From an uncultured Gemmatimonadaceae bacterium (GTDB lineage Bacteria > Gemmatimonadota > Gemmatimonadetes > Gemmatimonadales > Gemmatimonadaceae): a DNA stretch of 64,000 nt. A program made the translations under genes and the position numbers. The stretch's first letter is position 1; every line of letters starts with the position of its first letter. The notes below the pieces were generated by a model. The model made no database searches. It had not been told where the DNA came from and saw nothing but the letters and a program-made list of their open reading frames with translations. The stretch lies in contig CAWAGQ010000002.1 in NCBI GenBank assembly GCA_963781585.1, forward strand, positions 64,001 to 128,000. The letters are read 5' to 3'. This document shows, piece after piece, positions 29,175 through 39,707 of this stretch.

Positions 29175-31284
29175 CTAGAAGCGAACGATCTCCTGATACG
29201 CCGCCACGAAAGTCGTCGACCTGGGGCAGAATCGCGTCCTCCAGCCTGGGCGCGTAGCCGACGAATGTGTCCGCCGACCCGATTCGACGCACCGGGGCGT
29301 CGAGCCAGGGGAAGCACTCGTTCGCGATCCGGCTCGCGATCTCCGATCCGTATCCCCACGACAGTGAATCTTCGTACGCCACGATCACCCGGTTGGTCTT
29401 CTTGACGGAAGCAAACACCGTCTCGCGGTCCCAGGGCGAGAGCGATCGCAGATCGATTACCTCCACCGAGATGCCCTCGTCGGCTACCTTGTTGGCGGCC
29501 GTGAATGCGCGGTGCACGGTGGCGCCGTAGGTCACCAGCGTCACATCCGTCCCTTCGCGCACCACTTTCGCCTTCCCGAACGGGATCATGAAATTCGGTC
29601 CGGGATACGCCGCCTTGTTGTAGGTCTGCCGGTACAGATGCTTGTGCTCGAGGAACATTACCGGGTCGTCGCACCGGATGGCGGTCCGCAGGAGTCCGTT
29701 TGCGTCGAGCGCCGTCGCCGGACAGATCACGCGCAGTCCGGGGCACTGGGTGAATAGCGAGGCGCCGGTCTGTGAATGGTAGATGGCACCGCGGATGTAG
29801 CCGCCGTAGGTCGTCCGCACGACCACCGGCGCGCTGAAGAAATTGTTGGATCGCCAGCGCATCGTGGCCAGCTCGTTGCGGAGCTGCATGTACGCCGGCC
29901 AGATGTAGTCGAAGAACTGAATCTCCACCACCGGCTTGAACCCACGCAGCGCGAGGCCGACCGCGCGCCCGACGATGTTCGCCTCGGCCAGCGGCGAGTT
30001 GTACACGCGATCGGCGCCGAATTCCTTCTGCAAGCCCCACGTCACCTTGAACACCCCGCCTTTCCCCTTGACCTTGCCGAGGTACTGGTCGCGCGACACG
30101 TCGGCCACATCCTGCCCGAAGACGATGATCCTTCCGTCCCGCCGCATCTCGTCGCGCATGCAGGAATTCAGCAGGTCCACCATCGTCGTCTCGTTCCCCG
30201 AGAACTGGGGATCGTCTTCGGTATCGAATTGCTCGCTGGTGGGATCGACGTCCGGGGAATAGACCCCGACGTACACCGATGCCGGCTCCGGCTGTTCCCT
30301 GCCTAACGCGTCGTCGGTCGCGGCCTGCACCACGCCCTCCACATCGCCGCGGATGCGCTCCAGGTCCGCCTCCGATGCGTGCCCCTCCTTCAGCAGCCAC
30401 GCGGGGTAGGTCGTCACCGGGTCGCGCGCCGCGTCGGCACTCCGCTCCTCCGGCGGCCGATAGAGCACCTCGTCGTCGGACAGCGAATGGGAGTAGGGAC
30501 GGATCACGTGCGCGTGCACCAGCGCCGGACCCTGTCCGCTCCGCACGTACTGCACCGCGTCCGCCATCACCGCGTGGCTGGCGACGAAGTCGCAGCCGTC
30601 GACCTCCTGGATGAGCAGCCCCGGGAATCCCGCCACCAGCTTCGAGATCGAGCCCCCCGCGGTCTGCACCTCGACCGGAACGGAGATCGCGTACCCGTTG
30701 TCCTCGACGAGATACAGCACCGGGAGTTTGAGATTGCACGCGGTATTGAGCGATTCCCAGAACTCGCCCTCGCTCGTGGTGCCGTCACCCGCGGACACGT
30801 AGACGACCTCGTCCTCATGCGCCCCGATGTCGAGCCCGAGTCGCCGGGCGCGCATGATGCCCTCCGCGCATCCCACCGCGTGCAGGAACTGCGTCCCCGT
30901 CGGCGACGACGACGACACGATGTTCAGCGCCTTGTGCCCCCAGTGGCTCGGCATCTGCCGCCCACCGGAATTCGGATCGATCGCAGCGCCCACGGCGGAA
31001 TACAGCATCTCTTCCGGCTTCATCCCGAGCTCCAGACAGAGCGCCCGGTCCCGGTAATACGGGAAGAACCAGTCGTACGACGGTCGGAGGAGCATCCCGG
31101 CCGCCGTCAGCACGGCCTCGTGTCCGGCGCCGGAAATCTGAAACCAGATCCGGTTCTGTCGCTTGAGCTGGATCTCCTTGTCGTCCAGGCGGCGCGACAG
31201 GAGCATCGTGCGGTACGCGGACAACAGCTGGTCGCGGCTCAGGTCGGTGGCGGTGGGTCGCTGGGCTTTGAGTCTTGTCGGCAT
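29175..31284 (-). CDS. 2-oxoacid (branched-chain/pyruvate type) dehydrogenase E1, fused alpha+beta; apparent frameshift at ~29210
   Basis: [17 protein letters not shown] motif, [27 protein letters not shown] and IDLRSL motifs; removing one base gives a natural end ..[13 protein letters not shown]. Confidence 0.92.
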
Positions 31285-31624
31285 GCGTGTCGATGCGTGA
31301 GTTGGGCGCGCACAGATGGGGAGGAAAATAGTGCGGGCGCGACCGCCGGACATCCGGGATTCCGCCGCTGCCCGGTCCGACAGACCGGCCGCACCGGCGC
31401 GGCGCTCCTAACAACCCGTACGGCATGGTGTTGCGTTGCCACCGCGCCTGCGGCGTTCTCGCCGCGCGCGCGCACTGAGGATCGGGACCTGAGAGCCGCC
31501 TGGCATCCGGGAGACCCGGTCCGCCGCGTCGTTCTCTCGAATCGCATGCCGCGCTCCTCTGCCGACGAATCCGGTGGCATCCGACATGCGCTATACTGAG
31601 AGGAATTCGTACCGGAGGAGCGAC

Positions 31625-32116
31625 ATGTCGGACGGCGTAGCGCACTGCATCTTCTGCGAGATCATCCGTGGCGGCGGCGAGGTCTCCATTTGCTACGAGG
31701 ATTCCGACGCCATCGCCTTCATGGACATTCAGCCGGTGAACCCGGGCCACGTCCTGGTGGTCCCGCGCGAGCATTACGAGTCACTGAACGACGTGCCGCC
31801 GGCCCTGGCCATGCACCTGTTCGAGGTCGCGCTCAAGCTCGGACCGATCATCCGCCGCGTCGGGAATTCCGATGACCTCAACGTGGTGGTCAGCAGCGGC
31901 GAGGCAGCGGGCCAGAACGTCTTCCACTACCACGTCCACGTCATCCCGCGGAAGGCAAACGACGGGTTCGATATCCCGCTGCCGTTCGGCGGTTCGCGAA
32001 TGCCCGATCGGACCTTTCTCGATGCCACGGCGGCGCGGATCATCACCGAGCTCCGTGATCCCGCGCGGCGCACCAGTCGCAAGACGCCGGTCACGCCCTC
32101 GCGCGCGGTCGTCTGA
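31625..32116 (+). CDS. HIT-family hydrolase
   Basis: CIFC, GHVLVVP, GQNVFHYHVHVIPR; GGAGGAG SD. Confidence 0.92.
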   Translation: MSDGVAHCIFCEIIRGGGEVSICYEDSDAIAFMDIQPVNPGHVLVVPREHYESLNDVPPALAMHLFEVALKLGPIIRRVGNSDDLNVVVSSGEAAGQNVFHYHVHVIPRKANDGFDIPLPFGGSRMPDRTFLDATAARIITELRDPARRTSRKTPVTPSRAVV

Positions 32117-32119
32117 CCG

Positions 32120-33034
32120 TCACCCCGCCCGCGCCGGCTGGGCGCCCCTTCGCGCGCCCGCCTTCGGCGTGAGCGGGCGCAACCGCTGCGCCCCTTCCCA
32201 CGCGAGCATCGCGCGCTTCCGCTCCAGTCCCCAGTGGTAGCCGCCTAACGCGCCGGTGTTCCGCAGCACGCGGTGGCACGGGATCACGAACGCCACCGGG
32301 TTCCGGCCCACCGCCGTCCCCACCGCGCGCACCGCGCGCGGCGACCCGATCGACGCCGCCACGTCCTCGTACGTCGTCACCGTGCCGGCCGGGATGCGCA
32401 ACAGGGCCTCCCATACCTTCACCTGGAAATTCGTGCCGCGCACCAGAAGGGCGAGTGGCACCAGTGCCGCCGGCTCACGAATCTCCAGGGGAGTGAAGAT
32501 CCGCCGGGCCACGGGTGCGGTAGCCCGCGGTCGGTCCTCGATCGTCGCGTTGGGCCAGCGTTCCGCCAGCTCCGCCATGGCGGCCGACCGGTCATCCTCG
32601 AAGAACGACAGCCCGCAGATGCCACGGTCGGTGACGGCCAGCAGACACTCGCCGAACGGCGTCTCGTGAACGCCGGCGCTGATGCGCAATCCGCTGCCGC
32701 TCGTGCGATACTCTCCCGGTGTCACCGCCTCGAGCGTCACGAACAGATCGTGAAGCCGGCCGCCACTCGACAATCCGGCGTCGTAGGTGGCGTCCAGGAG
32801 ATTGCGCGACTGTCGCAGCAGGCCCTTGGCGTAGCCGAGCGCGAGCAGCTGGGAGAACCGTTTGGGGCTGATGCCGGCCCATCGGGTGAACAGCCGCTGG
32901 AAATGAAACGGGCTCAGGCCCACATGTCGCGCCACGTCATCGAGGCTCGGCTGTGCCGGAGCACGCGCATCGAGATAACGGATTGCGCGCTCGATGCGAT
33001 GGTAGTCGGTGGTGTTGGATTCGGAGACAGGCAT
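32120..33034 (-). CDS. ada: AraC-HTH + methylated-DNA-protein-cysteine methyltransferase (Ada-like)
   Basis: LSPFHFQRLFTRWAGISPK HTH; GTNFQVKVW and IPCHRV active site. Confidence 0.9.
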   Translation of the reverse strand: MPVSESNTTDYHRIERAIRYLDARAPAQPSLDDVARHVGLSPFHFQRLFTRWAGISPKRFSQLLALGYAKGLLRQSRNLLDATYDAGLSSGGRLHDLFVTLEAVTPGEYRTSGSGLRISAGVHETPFGECLLAVTDRGICGLSFFEDDRSAAMAELAERWPNATIEDRPRATAPVARRIFTPLEIREPAALVPLALLVRGTNFQVKVWEALLRIPAGTVTTYEDVAASIGSPRAVRAVGTAVGRNPVAFVIPCHRVLRNTGALGGYHWGLERKRAMLAWEGAQRLRPLTPKAGARRGAQPARAG

Positions 33035-33144
33035 GGTTCACTCGCGGTGTGCAGCGAGATCTAGCGTCACGTGGGGGCAGGGCCAACCCGGATCTTGCGA
33101 CGCCGACACTCCGGTGGACGCGGGCTCGCAAACGTCGCTTCAAT

Positions 33145-33206
33145 CAACTAATACTCTAGTTGACAAGCCAAAAGGCGTGCGGTAGGTTCTACTAAACTGC
33201 TAGTAG
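33145..33206 (+). promoter_or_regulatory. sigma70 promoter with two BlaI/CopY-type operators
   Basis: TTGACA (33160-33165), 17 nt, TAGGTT (33183-33188); palindromes CAACTA-N6-TAGTTG (33145-33162) and CTACTA-N6-TAGTAG (33189-33206). Confidence 0.75.
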
Positions 33207-33244
33207 CACGGGTTGCGTCCGCCGGTCGCGGTTTCAGTTTGACC

Positions 33245-33300
33245 AGCCTTTGGCCTTTGGCCTTTGGCCTTTGGCCTTTGGCCTTTGGCCTTTGGCCTCC
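33245..33300. repeat. Heptamer microsatellite (GGCCTTT)6 plus two variants in the blaI 5' UTR
   Basis: agccttt (ggccttt)x6 ggcctcc, ending 3 nt before the ATG. Confidence 0.9.
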
Positions 33301-33303
33301 ACC

Positions 33304-33687
33304 ATGCCCCCCATCTCCTTCACCGCTCGCGAGCTGGACGTGATGGCCGTGCTCTGGCAGCGCGGCCCTTCCACCGTGGCCGAAGTGCGTGAGGTACTCG
33401 CCGATCCCCTCGCCTACACGACCGTCCTGACCGTGCTGCGCACGCTGGAGGCCAAGGGGTACGTCGCGCACGAGGATGAAGGAAAAGCGCATCGCTACCG
33501 CCCGCTGGTGGCCCGGGATGCCGCGGGTACGAGCGCGCTGGGTCAGGTGCTCGACAAGATCTTCGACGGCTCCCGCGAGATGCTGCTCGCGAACCTCGTT
33601 CGCGAACGCGGCATCGATGAGGCGGAGATCAAACGTTTGCGCCGGGTCCTCGACGACCGCGCGACGAGACGGAGGGACAGGAGATGA
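33304..33687 (+). CDS. blaI: BlaI/MecI/CopY-family repressor
   Basis: ELDVMAVLW..GPSTVAEV..LAYTTVLTVLRTLEAKGYV..AHRYRP. Confidence 0.92.
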   Translation: MPPISFTARELDVMAVLWQRGPSTVAEVREVLADPLAYTTVLTVLRTLEAKGYVAHEDEGKAHRYRPLVARDAAGTSALGQVLDKIFDGSREMLLANLVRERGIDEAEIKRLRRVLDDRATRRRDRR

Positions 33688-35099
33688 TCGTTATCCTGGC
33701 ATACGGCACGCTGATCGCTCTCTGCGCGGCCGTCTGTGCGCTGGCGCTGGAGCCGTTGCTGCGTGCCCTGGGATGGGGTACGCGCTGGCTCTGGTGCGCC
33801 GCGCTCGGCGTGAGCGTACTCGGAATGGCAGCCGCGATGTTCGTCCCGCTCCGTTCCGGCAGTGACGCCCCGTCTCCCCTCGCGCCGCAAGGGACCGCTG
33901 TTGTCTCCCTGGGCCACGAGTCATCGAACGGCATGGCGCTGCCCGCCTGGGGGCGCCGCCTCGATAGCGGTATTGCGGTTACCTGGGCGGCGGTGAGCGC
34001 GGTGATGTTCGGCGTCCTGTTTGCCGGGAAGCGACGCATCGACCGGGAACGACGGCGCGCGCGGCCGCTCGCCGGCAGCGGCGCGGCGGTGCTCGTGACG
34101 GAAGACCTCGGACCGGCGGTCGCCGGATTTGTCCGGCCTGCGGTCCTGGTTCCGCGCTGGGTGTTCACGCTTGAGCCCGTTCCACGCCGGCTGTTGCTGA
34201 CGCACGAAATCGAGCACCTGCGAGCCGGTGACGGGCGGCTGCTGTGGGCGGGCGCGGTCGCGGCGGCAATCCTGCCGTGGAATGCCGCCGTCTGGCTGCT
34301 GGCGCGTCGCCTTCGGCTGGCGGTGGAGGTCGATTGCGACGTGCGGGTGCTGGCCCGGATGCCCGACGTGCGGGCCTACGGGGATCTCCTCCTCATCACC
34401 GCCGCTCGGCGCGCGTCGGTTCGCGCCTCGGCGCTGGCCACCGTGCCCGGTGCTTCCACTGATCTTTCCCGGAGGATACACGCCATGATCGACCGTCGTC
34501 CGCTCTCGAAGCGTTGGCCCATCGTCCGCATCGCCGTCGCGTTAGGTGCCGTGGTCATCGCCTGCGAGTCGCCGAGGCCGGAGCCGGTCGCACCCGTCGA
34601 CTTTGCCACCGGGTTGGCCAGGGCCGGCACCAGCGACACGCTCCCCAGGGGCTATCGCGAGGTCCCAGTCCTGAAGGCATCCGACTCGGCGTTCGTGGAC
34701 TACCTTCGGCGGCTGCATCCGGAACTGCTCTCCACGACCTCCACCAGTCCCGTGGTGCGCGTCTTCACCTACGCCGGTCAACTGGTCAAGGTCGGTCGGG
34801 CGGACCCGCACGCGAACTTCATGAAGACGCTTTCCCCGAACGACATCCTGAGCATCGAGGTGATCAAGGGGCGACGGCTGCCGGCGGGGCTCAGCGGCGG
34901 CCTGATCACCATCACGCTCAAGGATCCGGTTGGAGCGCTGCCGGCCAAGCCGGCGGCGGAACACGTGTGGGACAACGGGCAGGTTCGCCGTCGCATCGGC
35001 GACGTGCCGGAACGGCGCGGCACCCCAACGGTCGTGCTTCGTGAGATTGGCAGGGTGCCGAGGATCCTGCAGAAGGGAGACACCAGCTCCCCCCGCTAA
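33684..35099 (+). CDS. blaR1: BlaR1/MecR1-like M56 metallopeptidase with a TonB-plug-like C-terminal domain
   Basis: GPAVAGFVRP, HEIEH, PWN and EVDCD motifs; C-terminal LSPNDILSIEVIKG..GLITITLK. Confidence 0.85.
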   Translation: MIVILAYGTLIALCAAVCALALEPLLRALGWGTRWLWCAALGVSVLGMAAAMFVPLRSGSDAPSPLAPQGTAVVSLGHESSNGMALPAWGRRLDSGIAVTWAAVSAVMFGVLFAGKRRIDRERRRARPLAGSGAAVLVTEDLGPAVAGFVRPAVLVPRWVFTLEPVPRRLLLTHEIEHLRAGDGRLLWAGAVAAAILPWNAAVWLLARRLRLAVEVDCDVRVLARMPDVRAYGDLLLITAARRASVRASALATVPGASTDLSRRIHAMIDRRPLSKRWPIVRIAVALGAVVIACESPRPEPVAPVDFATGLARAGTSDTLPRGYREVPVLKASDSAFVDYLRRLHPELLSTTSTSPVVRVFTYAGQLVKVGRADPHANFMKTLSPNDILSIEVIKGRRLPAGLSGGLITITLKDPVGALPAKPAAEHVWDNGQVRRRIGDVPERRGTPTVVLREIGRVPRILQKGDTSSPR

Positions 35100-35110
35100 C
35101 CGCGCGCCAG

Positions 35111-35419
35111 CTAGGTTCTGCCCCAGAACACCGCATCATCGACCCGCGCGCGCAGGGTGAGCGCGTCGCCGTCCGCCGCAATCTCCACATCCGAGGCGCG
35201 CAGCGACGCGCCGTCATCCCCCGCCAACTCGAACGTCAGGGTGTCGCGCGCCTTCACATAGCGCTCGGGATTGGTGAGCCGCAGCGTGAAGATCGGCTCG
35301 ACGAGCGCGTAGCCGGTTCCGGGATGAAACACGCCTTCCACGAACCGCGTGGACGGGTCACGGTCCTCGAGCTCCGACCTGCCGAGCAGGATGCCGTGGA
35401 GCTTCAGGGCGAACGCCAT
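35111..35419 (-). CDS. Hypothetical protein (102 aa)
   Basis: ATG at 35419; protein-like composition; follows nadE on the same strand. Confidence 0.6.
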   Translation of the reverse strand: MAFALKLHGILLGRSELEDRDPSTRFVEGVFHPGTGYALVEPIFTLRLTNPERYVKARDTLTFELAGDDGASLRASDVEIAADGDALTLRARVDDAVFWGRT

Positions 35420-35485
35420 GCGCGACTCACCGGGGAGACGCGCGGCCGCACGATCGCGCACGTGCTTTGTCCACGAGTATCGGTT

Positions 35486-37375
35486 TCAATAGTCCACGGG
35501 CCGCAGATAGGACTCGCCGATCGCCGTGTGACTCAGGAGCGCGACGGTCGGCAGCTTGCGCTTCCAGTGCGTTCCCTCGAGCCGGTTGCGGACCAGCTCC
35601 ACCTCGAACTGGTCGAACCCGCGGGACCCGAGATCGGCGACCGAGTATCCCCACAGCAGCCAGTTCAGAATCGAGTCCGCCTTCGCGTAACTGATGCCGA
35701 GGTCCGTCTCGTCGGTCTGTCCATCGACCAGGTCGGCTGTCGCCGGTTTGGTAATGATCTCCTCGGGCACGCCGAGGTGGCGCGCCAGGGCCCAGACCTG
35801 CGTCTTGAAGAGATCACCTAGCGGATTGATGGGTGGCGAATCGTCGGCGTGCCAGGTGAAGTACCCGAACAGGCGCTCGGTCTTGTTCCCGGTGCCTAAC
35901 GGGACGCCCCGCTCCGCCGCCGACAGATCGAACAGGGCGATCATCCGCATCCGGGAGATCACGTTTCCGCGCCGCGTGCCGTCGGCCGTCGGCTCCTGCG
36001 CCAGGTAGCCGTCCACCGCCGCCGTCAGGTCGATGGTGCGGGTGCGGATGCCGAGCGCGTCGATCACCATCTGCGCATGCGCGAGACTGTCGGGCCGCGA
36101 AGTGCGGTACGGCAACCGAACCCCGAGCACGTTGTCGGCCCCGATCGCGCGCGCGGCCAGAAACGTTGTCACGGCCGAGTCCACGCCTCCCGACAGGCCG
36201 ACGACGGCGCGCTCGAAGCCACGTCGCTGCATCTCGTCGCGAATGAAGCGGACGAGCCACTCTTCGACCATGGGTGCGTCGATGTCGAGCGATGGCGGCT
36301 GGCCATGCTCGACGCAGGGCACGTGCAACGCGGGAATGATCCGGCTGGCGTTCGATTGGTTGTGCTCGACCGCGGCCGGCGCACCAGATTCCCTGTCGGG
36401 GGGGGCCCCCCAGGCTCCTGATTCCGGCGACGGCCGCTCCTCCGCCGGATCGAACGCCGCCATCGCCCCCTCCCCCCGTTCCACCGCCTCCATGGCCCGA
36501 TGCAGGTGCGGCAGCGCCGTGCGCAGATCCGACAGCAGGGGCATATCCGCCCGCGCCCGGGCGATGTCGCCAAGGTCGATCGCGAGCGTCACGATTGCCT
36601 CGTCGAACGCCGGCGCCCGCACCCGCAGATCGCCACGAGGACCGGCCACGCATGATCCGCCGGCAAAGACCTTCCCGCCTTCGCTTCCCGCCAGGTTGGC
36701 CAGCGACACAAAGACCCCGTGTTCATCGGCCATGTCCCGCACCAGACGCTCCCAACGCGCCACGCTCCCCGGGCCCGGCACCCCGTCCAGCGACTGCAGC
36801 CCGCGTGCCGGCGCGGCCGACGCGAGAAAGATGATCTGTGCGTCATCCAGCGCCGCGATCGCGCTCGAGAGGCTGTGCCAGGCGTCCTCGCAGATCAGCA
36901 TCGCCGCGCGTCCCCATGGCGTGTCGAATGCACGAATATCGTGCCCCCGCTCGACAAACCGTTCCTCGTCGAACAGGCCGTACGTCGGGAGGAAATTCTT
37001 GCGATGCACGTGCAGCACCCGAGGCGCCCCCTCGCCAAGCCGGACGTACGCCGAACTGTTGTACAGCGTGTCGCGCCACCGCTCGTAAAAGCCTACCACC
37101 ACGTCAAGAGGGCGCCTGGCCCGCTCATCGCCGATGCTCTCCTCGTAGGCCGCATCCAGGTCGCGGGCCACCGTCCCCGCCGTCACCGCCACGTCTCGCA
37201 CCCCCCCCTCGACGAAGTAGCCGCTCAGCACGGTCTCCGGGAAATGCACTACGTGCGGATGCGGCGACAGCATGCGCAGTTGCGCAAATACGTCGCTCAG
37301 GCGCGCGAGGTTCGCCTCGTAGTCGCCTTTGAACGGGTGCAGCTGCGCGATGGCCAGGGTGAGCAGCCGGGACAT
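35486..37375 (-). CDS. nadE: Glutamine-dependent NAD+ synthetase (nitrilase + NAD synthase domains)
   Basis: FPE / RKNFLPTYGLFDE / ICED triad; GLSGGVDS, GTGNKTE and KPATADL motifs. Confidence 0.93.
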   Translation of the reverse strand: MSRLLTLAIAQLHPFKGDYEANLARLSDVFAQLRMLSPHPHVVHFPETVLSGYFVEGGVRDVAVTAGTVARDLDAAYEESIGDERARRPLDVVVGFYERWRDTLYNSSAYVRLGEGAPRVLHVHRKNFLPTYGLFDEERFVERGHDIRAFDTPWGRAAMLICEDAWHSLSSAIAALDDAQIIFLASAAPARGLQSLDGVPGPGSVARWERLVRDMADEHGVFVSLANLAGSEGGKVFAGGSCVAGPRGDLRVRAPAFDEAIVTLAIDLGDIARARADMPLLSDLRTALPHLHRAMEAVERGEGAMAAFDPAEERPSPESGAWGAPPDRESGAPAAVEHNQSNASRIIPALHVPCVEHGQPPSLDIDAPMVEEWLVRFIRDEMQRRGFERAVVGLSGGVDSAVTTFLAARAIGADNVLGVRLPYRTSRPDSLAHAQMVIDALGIRTRTIDLTAAVDGYLAQEPTADGTRRGNVISRMRMIALFDLSAAERGVPLGTGNKTERLFGYFTWHADDSPPINPLGDLFKTQVWALARHLGVPEEIITKPATADLVDGQTDETDLGISYAKADSILNWLLWGYSVADLGSRGFDQFEVELVRNRLEGTHWKRKLPTVALLSHTAIGESYLRPVDY

Positions 37376-37655
37376 GGCAGAGAAGTTGGGGGCTGGTGAA
37401 ATCGCGAGCAACAGCGGCCTCTCGCTCCTCGTCGCGAAGTACGGCGACGCGGCTGCCCAGGCAACACGATTTTGTGTCGCAGGTCACCCCGCCAGCCCTT
37501 GGAACGCCACGCATCAGCCGGGTACGTACGGAGCGCGCTGTCCCCGCTGGCCGCGCTGTCTCCACGACGATCCGGCCGCGCCCCACCAGTGCCGCTCTGG
37601 CCTTTGCCTCTGGCCTTGGCCTTTGGTCACCGGCCTTTGCACCCATATTTGTCTC

Positions 37656-39707
37656 GTGTTACTGCCTCGAATTCTGCCCGCGGCGCTCAGGCGCCGGGCG
37701 CGCGCCATCCGCCCGGCGCTGCTCCTCGTCACCGCGCTGTCGCAGGCCACCGCGCAGCAATCCCGACCCTCCTCAGGAGAGCCGTGGCAGATCATCCAAC
37801 CGCTCCAGTCCACCTTCGTCTTCGCGCGTGACGGCTCGCTCATCGGCGAGATCGGTCGTGAGTGGCGGTCGAGCATCTCCATCCGCACCCTGCCGAAATA
37901 CGTGCCCGAGGCGTTCATAGCGGTCGAGGATCAGCGGTTCTATCAGCACGACGGTGTCGACATCGTGGGACTCGCGGGCGCCATCAAGGACGCGGTCCGT
38001 GGGAGTCCGCGCGGCGCCAGTACGATCACGCAGCAGCTCGTAGGGAACATGCATCCCGACATCATCGATCGCCGGGACATCAGTATCGGGCGCAAGCTGC
38101 GCGAGCAGGCCGCCGCGCGAGAGATGGAGAAGCACTACACGAAGGAGCAGATCCTCGAGGCGTATCTCAACCAGCTCGACTTCGGCCACCGCTGGTTCGG
38201 CATCGAAACCGCCGCACGCCACTATTTCGGAAAAGGCGCGGCGCAGCTTTCGGTCGCGGAGGCCGCGACGCTGGCCGCCATCATCAATGGCCCGAGCTAC
38301 TACGATCCGATGACACACCCCGATCGGGCGCGCGGCCGGCGCAATCTCGTCCTGTCGCTCATGGCGGACCAGAAGTACCTGACCGCTGAACAAGCAGCCG
38401 CCGCGCGGCGCGAACCCCTGGAGATCGCGAAGGACGGAGGCTACGCCGCCCCTTCGCCGTACTTCGTGGACGTAGTGCGTATTCAGGCCGAGCGCGCCGG
38501 TGTGCCGGTCACCGCCGGAGGCTATCGTGTCTACACCACGCTCGATCCCACGCTGCAGCGCGCTGCCGTCACTGCCCTGGTCGACGGAACGCTCGAGATC
38601 GAACGCCAGCCAGGCTATCGGCATCCCACCTTTCAGAAACGGACACCGGGAAAGAGCGACTATCTGCAGGGCGCCGTGGTCGCCCTCGATCCGTTCACCG
38701 GTGATGTGCGGGCCCTGGTCGGCGGCCGCGACTACGGGGCCTCGTCATTCGACCGGGCGATTGATGCGATGCGCCAGCCCGGTTCGGCGTTCAAGCCGAT
38801 CGTCTACGCCACCGCCATCGCCGACAGCCTCCCCCCGAACCTCGTCGTACCTGACACCGCCATCGCCATTCCGCTACCGAACCATACGGTCTACAAGCCG
38901 GAGAACTCGGACGGCGCGTACCTCGGCAACCTGACCATGCGCGAAGCGCTCGCGCGCTCGCGCAACGTGGTCGCCGTGCAGATCGGCCAGCGGGTAGGCA
39001 TGGAATCGGTCATCGCGACGGCGCGAAGCATGGGAATCACCGCTCCCATCGAGCCCTATCCCTCCAGCGCGATCGGCGCCGCCGCCGTGCAGCCGCTCGA
39101 TCTCGTGGCTGCCTACGCGACGATCGCGAACCTCGGCGCGCGCGTCGAGGCACGGTTCGTCACGTACATCGAGGATGCCGCGGGACATACCGTCTGGCAG
39201 AACCCCATTGTCCAGCCGCAAGAGGTGCTCGACCCACAGGTCGCCTTCATCGTCCGTGACATGATGCGGGACGTGGTGGAGCGCGGCACCGCCACCGTGG
39301 TCCGGCGCTTCCTTCCGGAGTCGGTGCCCGTGGCCGGGAAGACCGGCACGACCAACGACAACGCCGACGTCTGGTTCGTCGGCATGACGCCCGACCTCGT
39401 GGCCGGCGTGTGGCTCGGCTTCGATCGACCTGCTCCCATTGCGCCCGGCGCCGCGGGCGGCACGCTGGCGGCCCCGATCTGGGGCAGGATGCTGGCGCTG
39501 GCGGGTGAGACCGGCGCCGGAGCGCCGTGGTCGCCGCCGGCGCAGCTGGTGTCGGCCGACCTCGATCGCGACACTGGTCAGCCGGTGACCGTCCTTACTC
39601 CGCCAGACCGCCGCTACACGGAGTACTTCCTCTCCGGAACCGAGCCGCTCTTCCTGCACCTCGACTCCTGGTCGCTCTTTCGTGGTCGTGCGCTCCAGCC
39701 TCGTTAG
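37656..39707 (+). CDS. Class A penicillin-binding protein (PBP1A family); start uncertain
   Basis: EDQRF, GASTITQQL and RKLRE (transglycosylase); SAFK, SRN and KTG (transpeptidase). Confidence 0.92.
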   Translation: MLLPRILPAALRRRARAIRPALLLVTALSQATAQQSRPSSGEPWQIIQPLQSTFVFARDGSLIGEIGREWRSSISIRTLPKYVPEAFIAVEDQRFYQHDGVDIVGLAGAIKDAVRGSPRGASTITQQLVGNMHPDIIDRRDISIGRKLREQAAAREMEKHYTKEQILEAYLNQLDFGHRWFGIETAARHYFGKGAAQLSVAEAATLAAIINGPSYYDPMTHPDRARGRRNLVLSLMADQKYLTAEQAAAARREPLEIAKDGGYAAPSPYFVDVVRIQAERAGVPVTAGGYRVYTTLDPTLQRAAVTALVDGTLEIERQPGYRHPTFQKRTPGKSDYLQGAVVALDPFTGDVRALVGGRDYGASSFDRAIDAMRQPGSAFKPIVYATAIADSLPPNLVVPDTAIAIPLPNHTVYKPENSDGAYLGNLTMREALARSRNVVAVQIGQRVGMESVIATARSMGITAPIEPYPSSAIGAAAVQPLDLVAAYATIANLGARVEARFVTYIEDAAGHTVWQNPIVQPQEVLDPQVAFIVRDMMRDVVERGTATVVRRFLPESVPVAGKTGTTNDNADVWFVGMTPDLVAGVWLGFDRPAPIAPGAAGGTLAAPIWGRMLALAGETGAGAPWSPPAQLVSADLDRDTGQPVTVLTPPDRRYTEYFLSGTEPLFLHLDSWSLFRGRALQPR

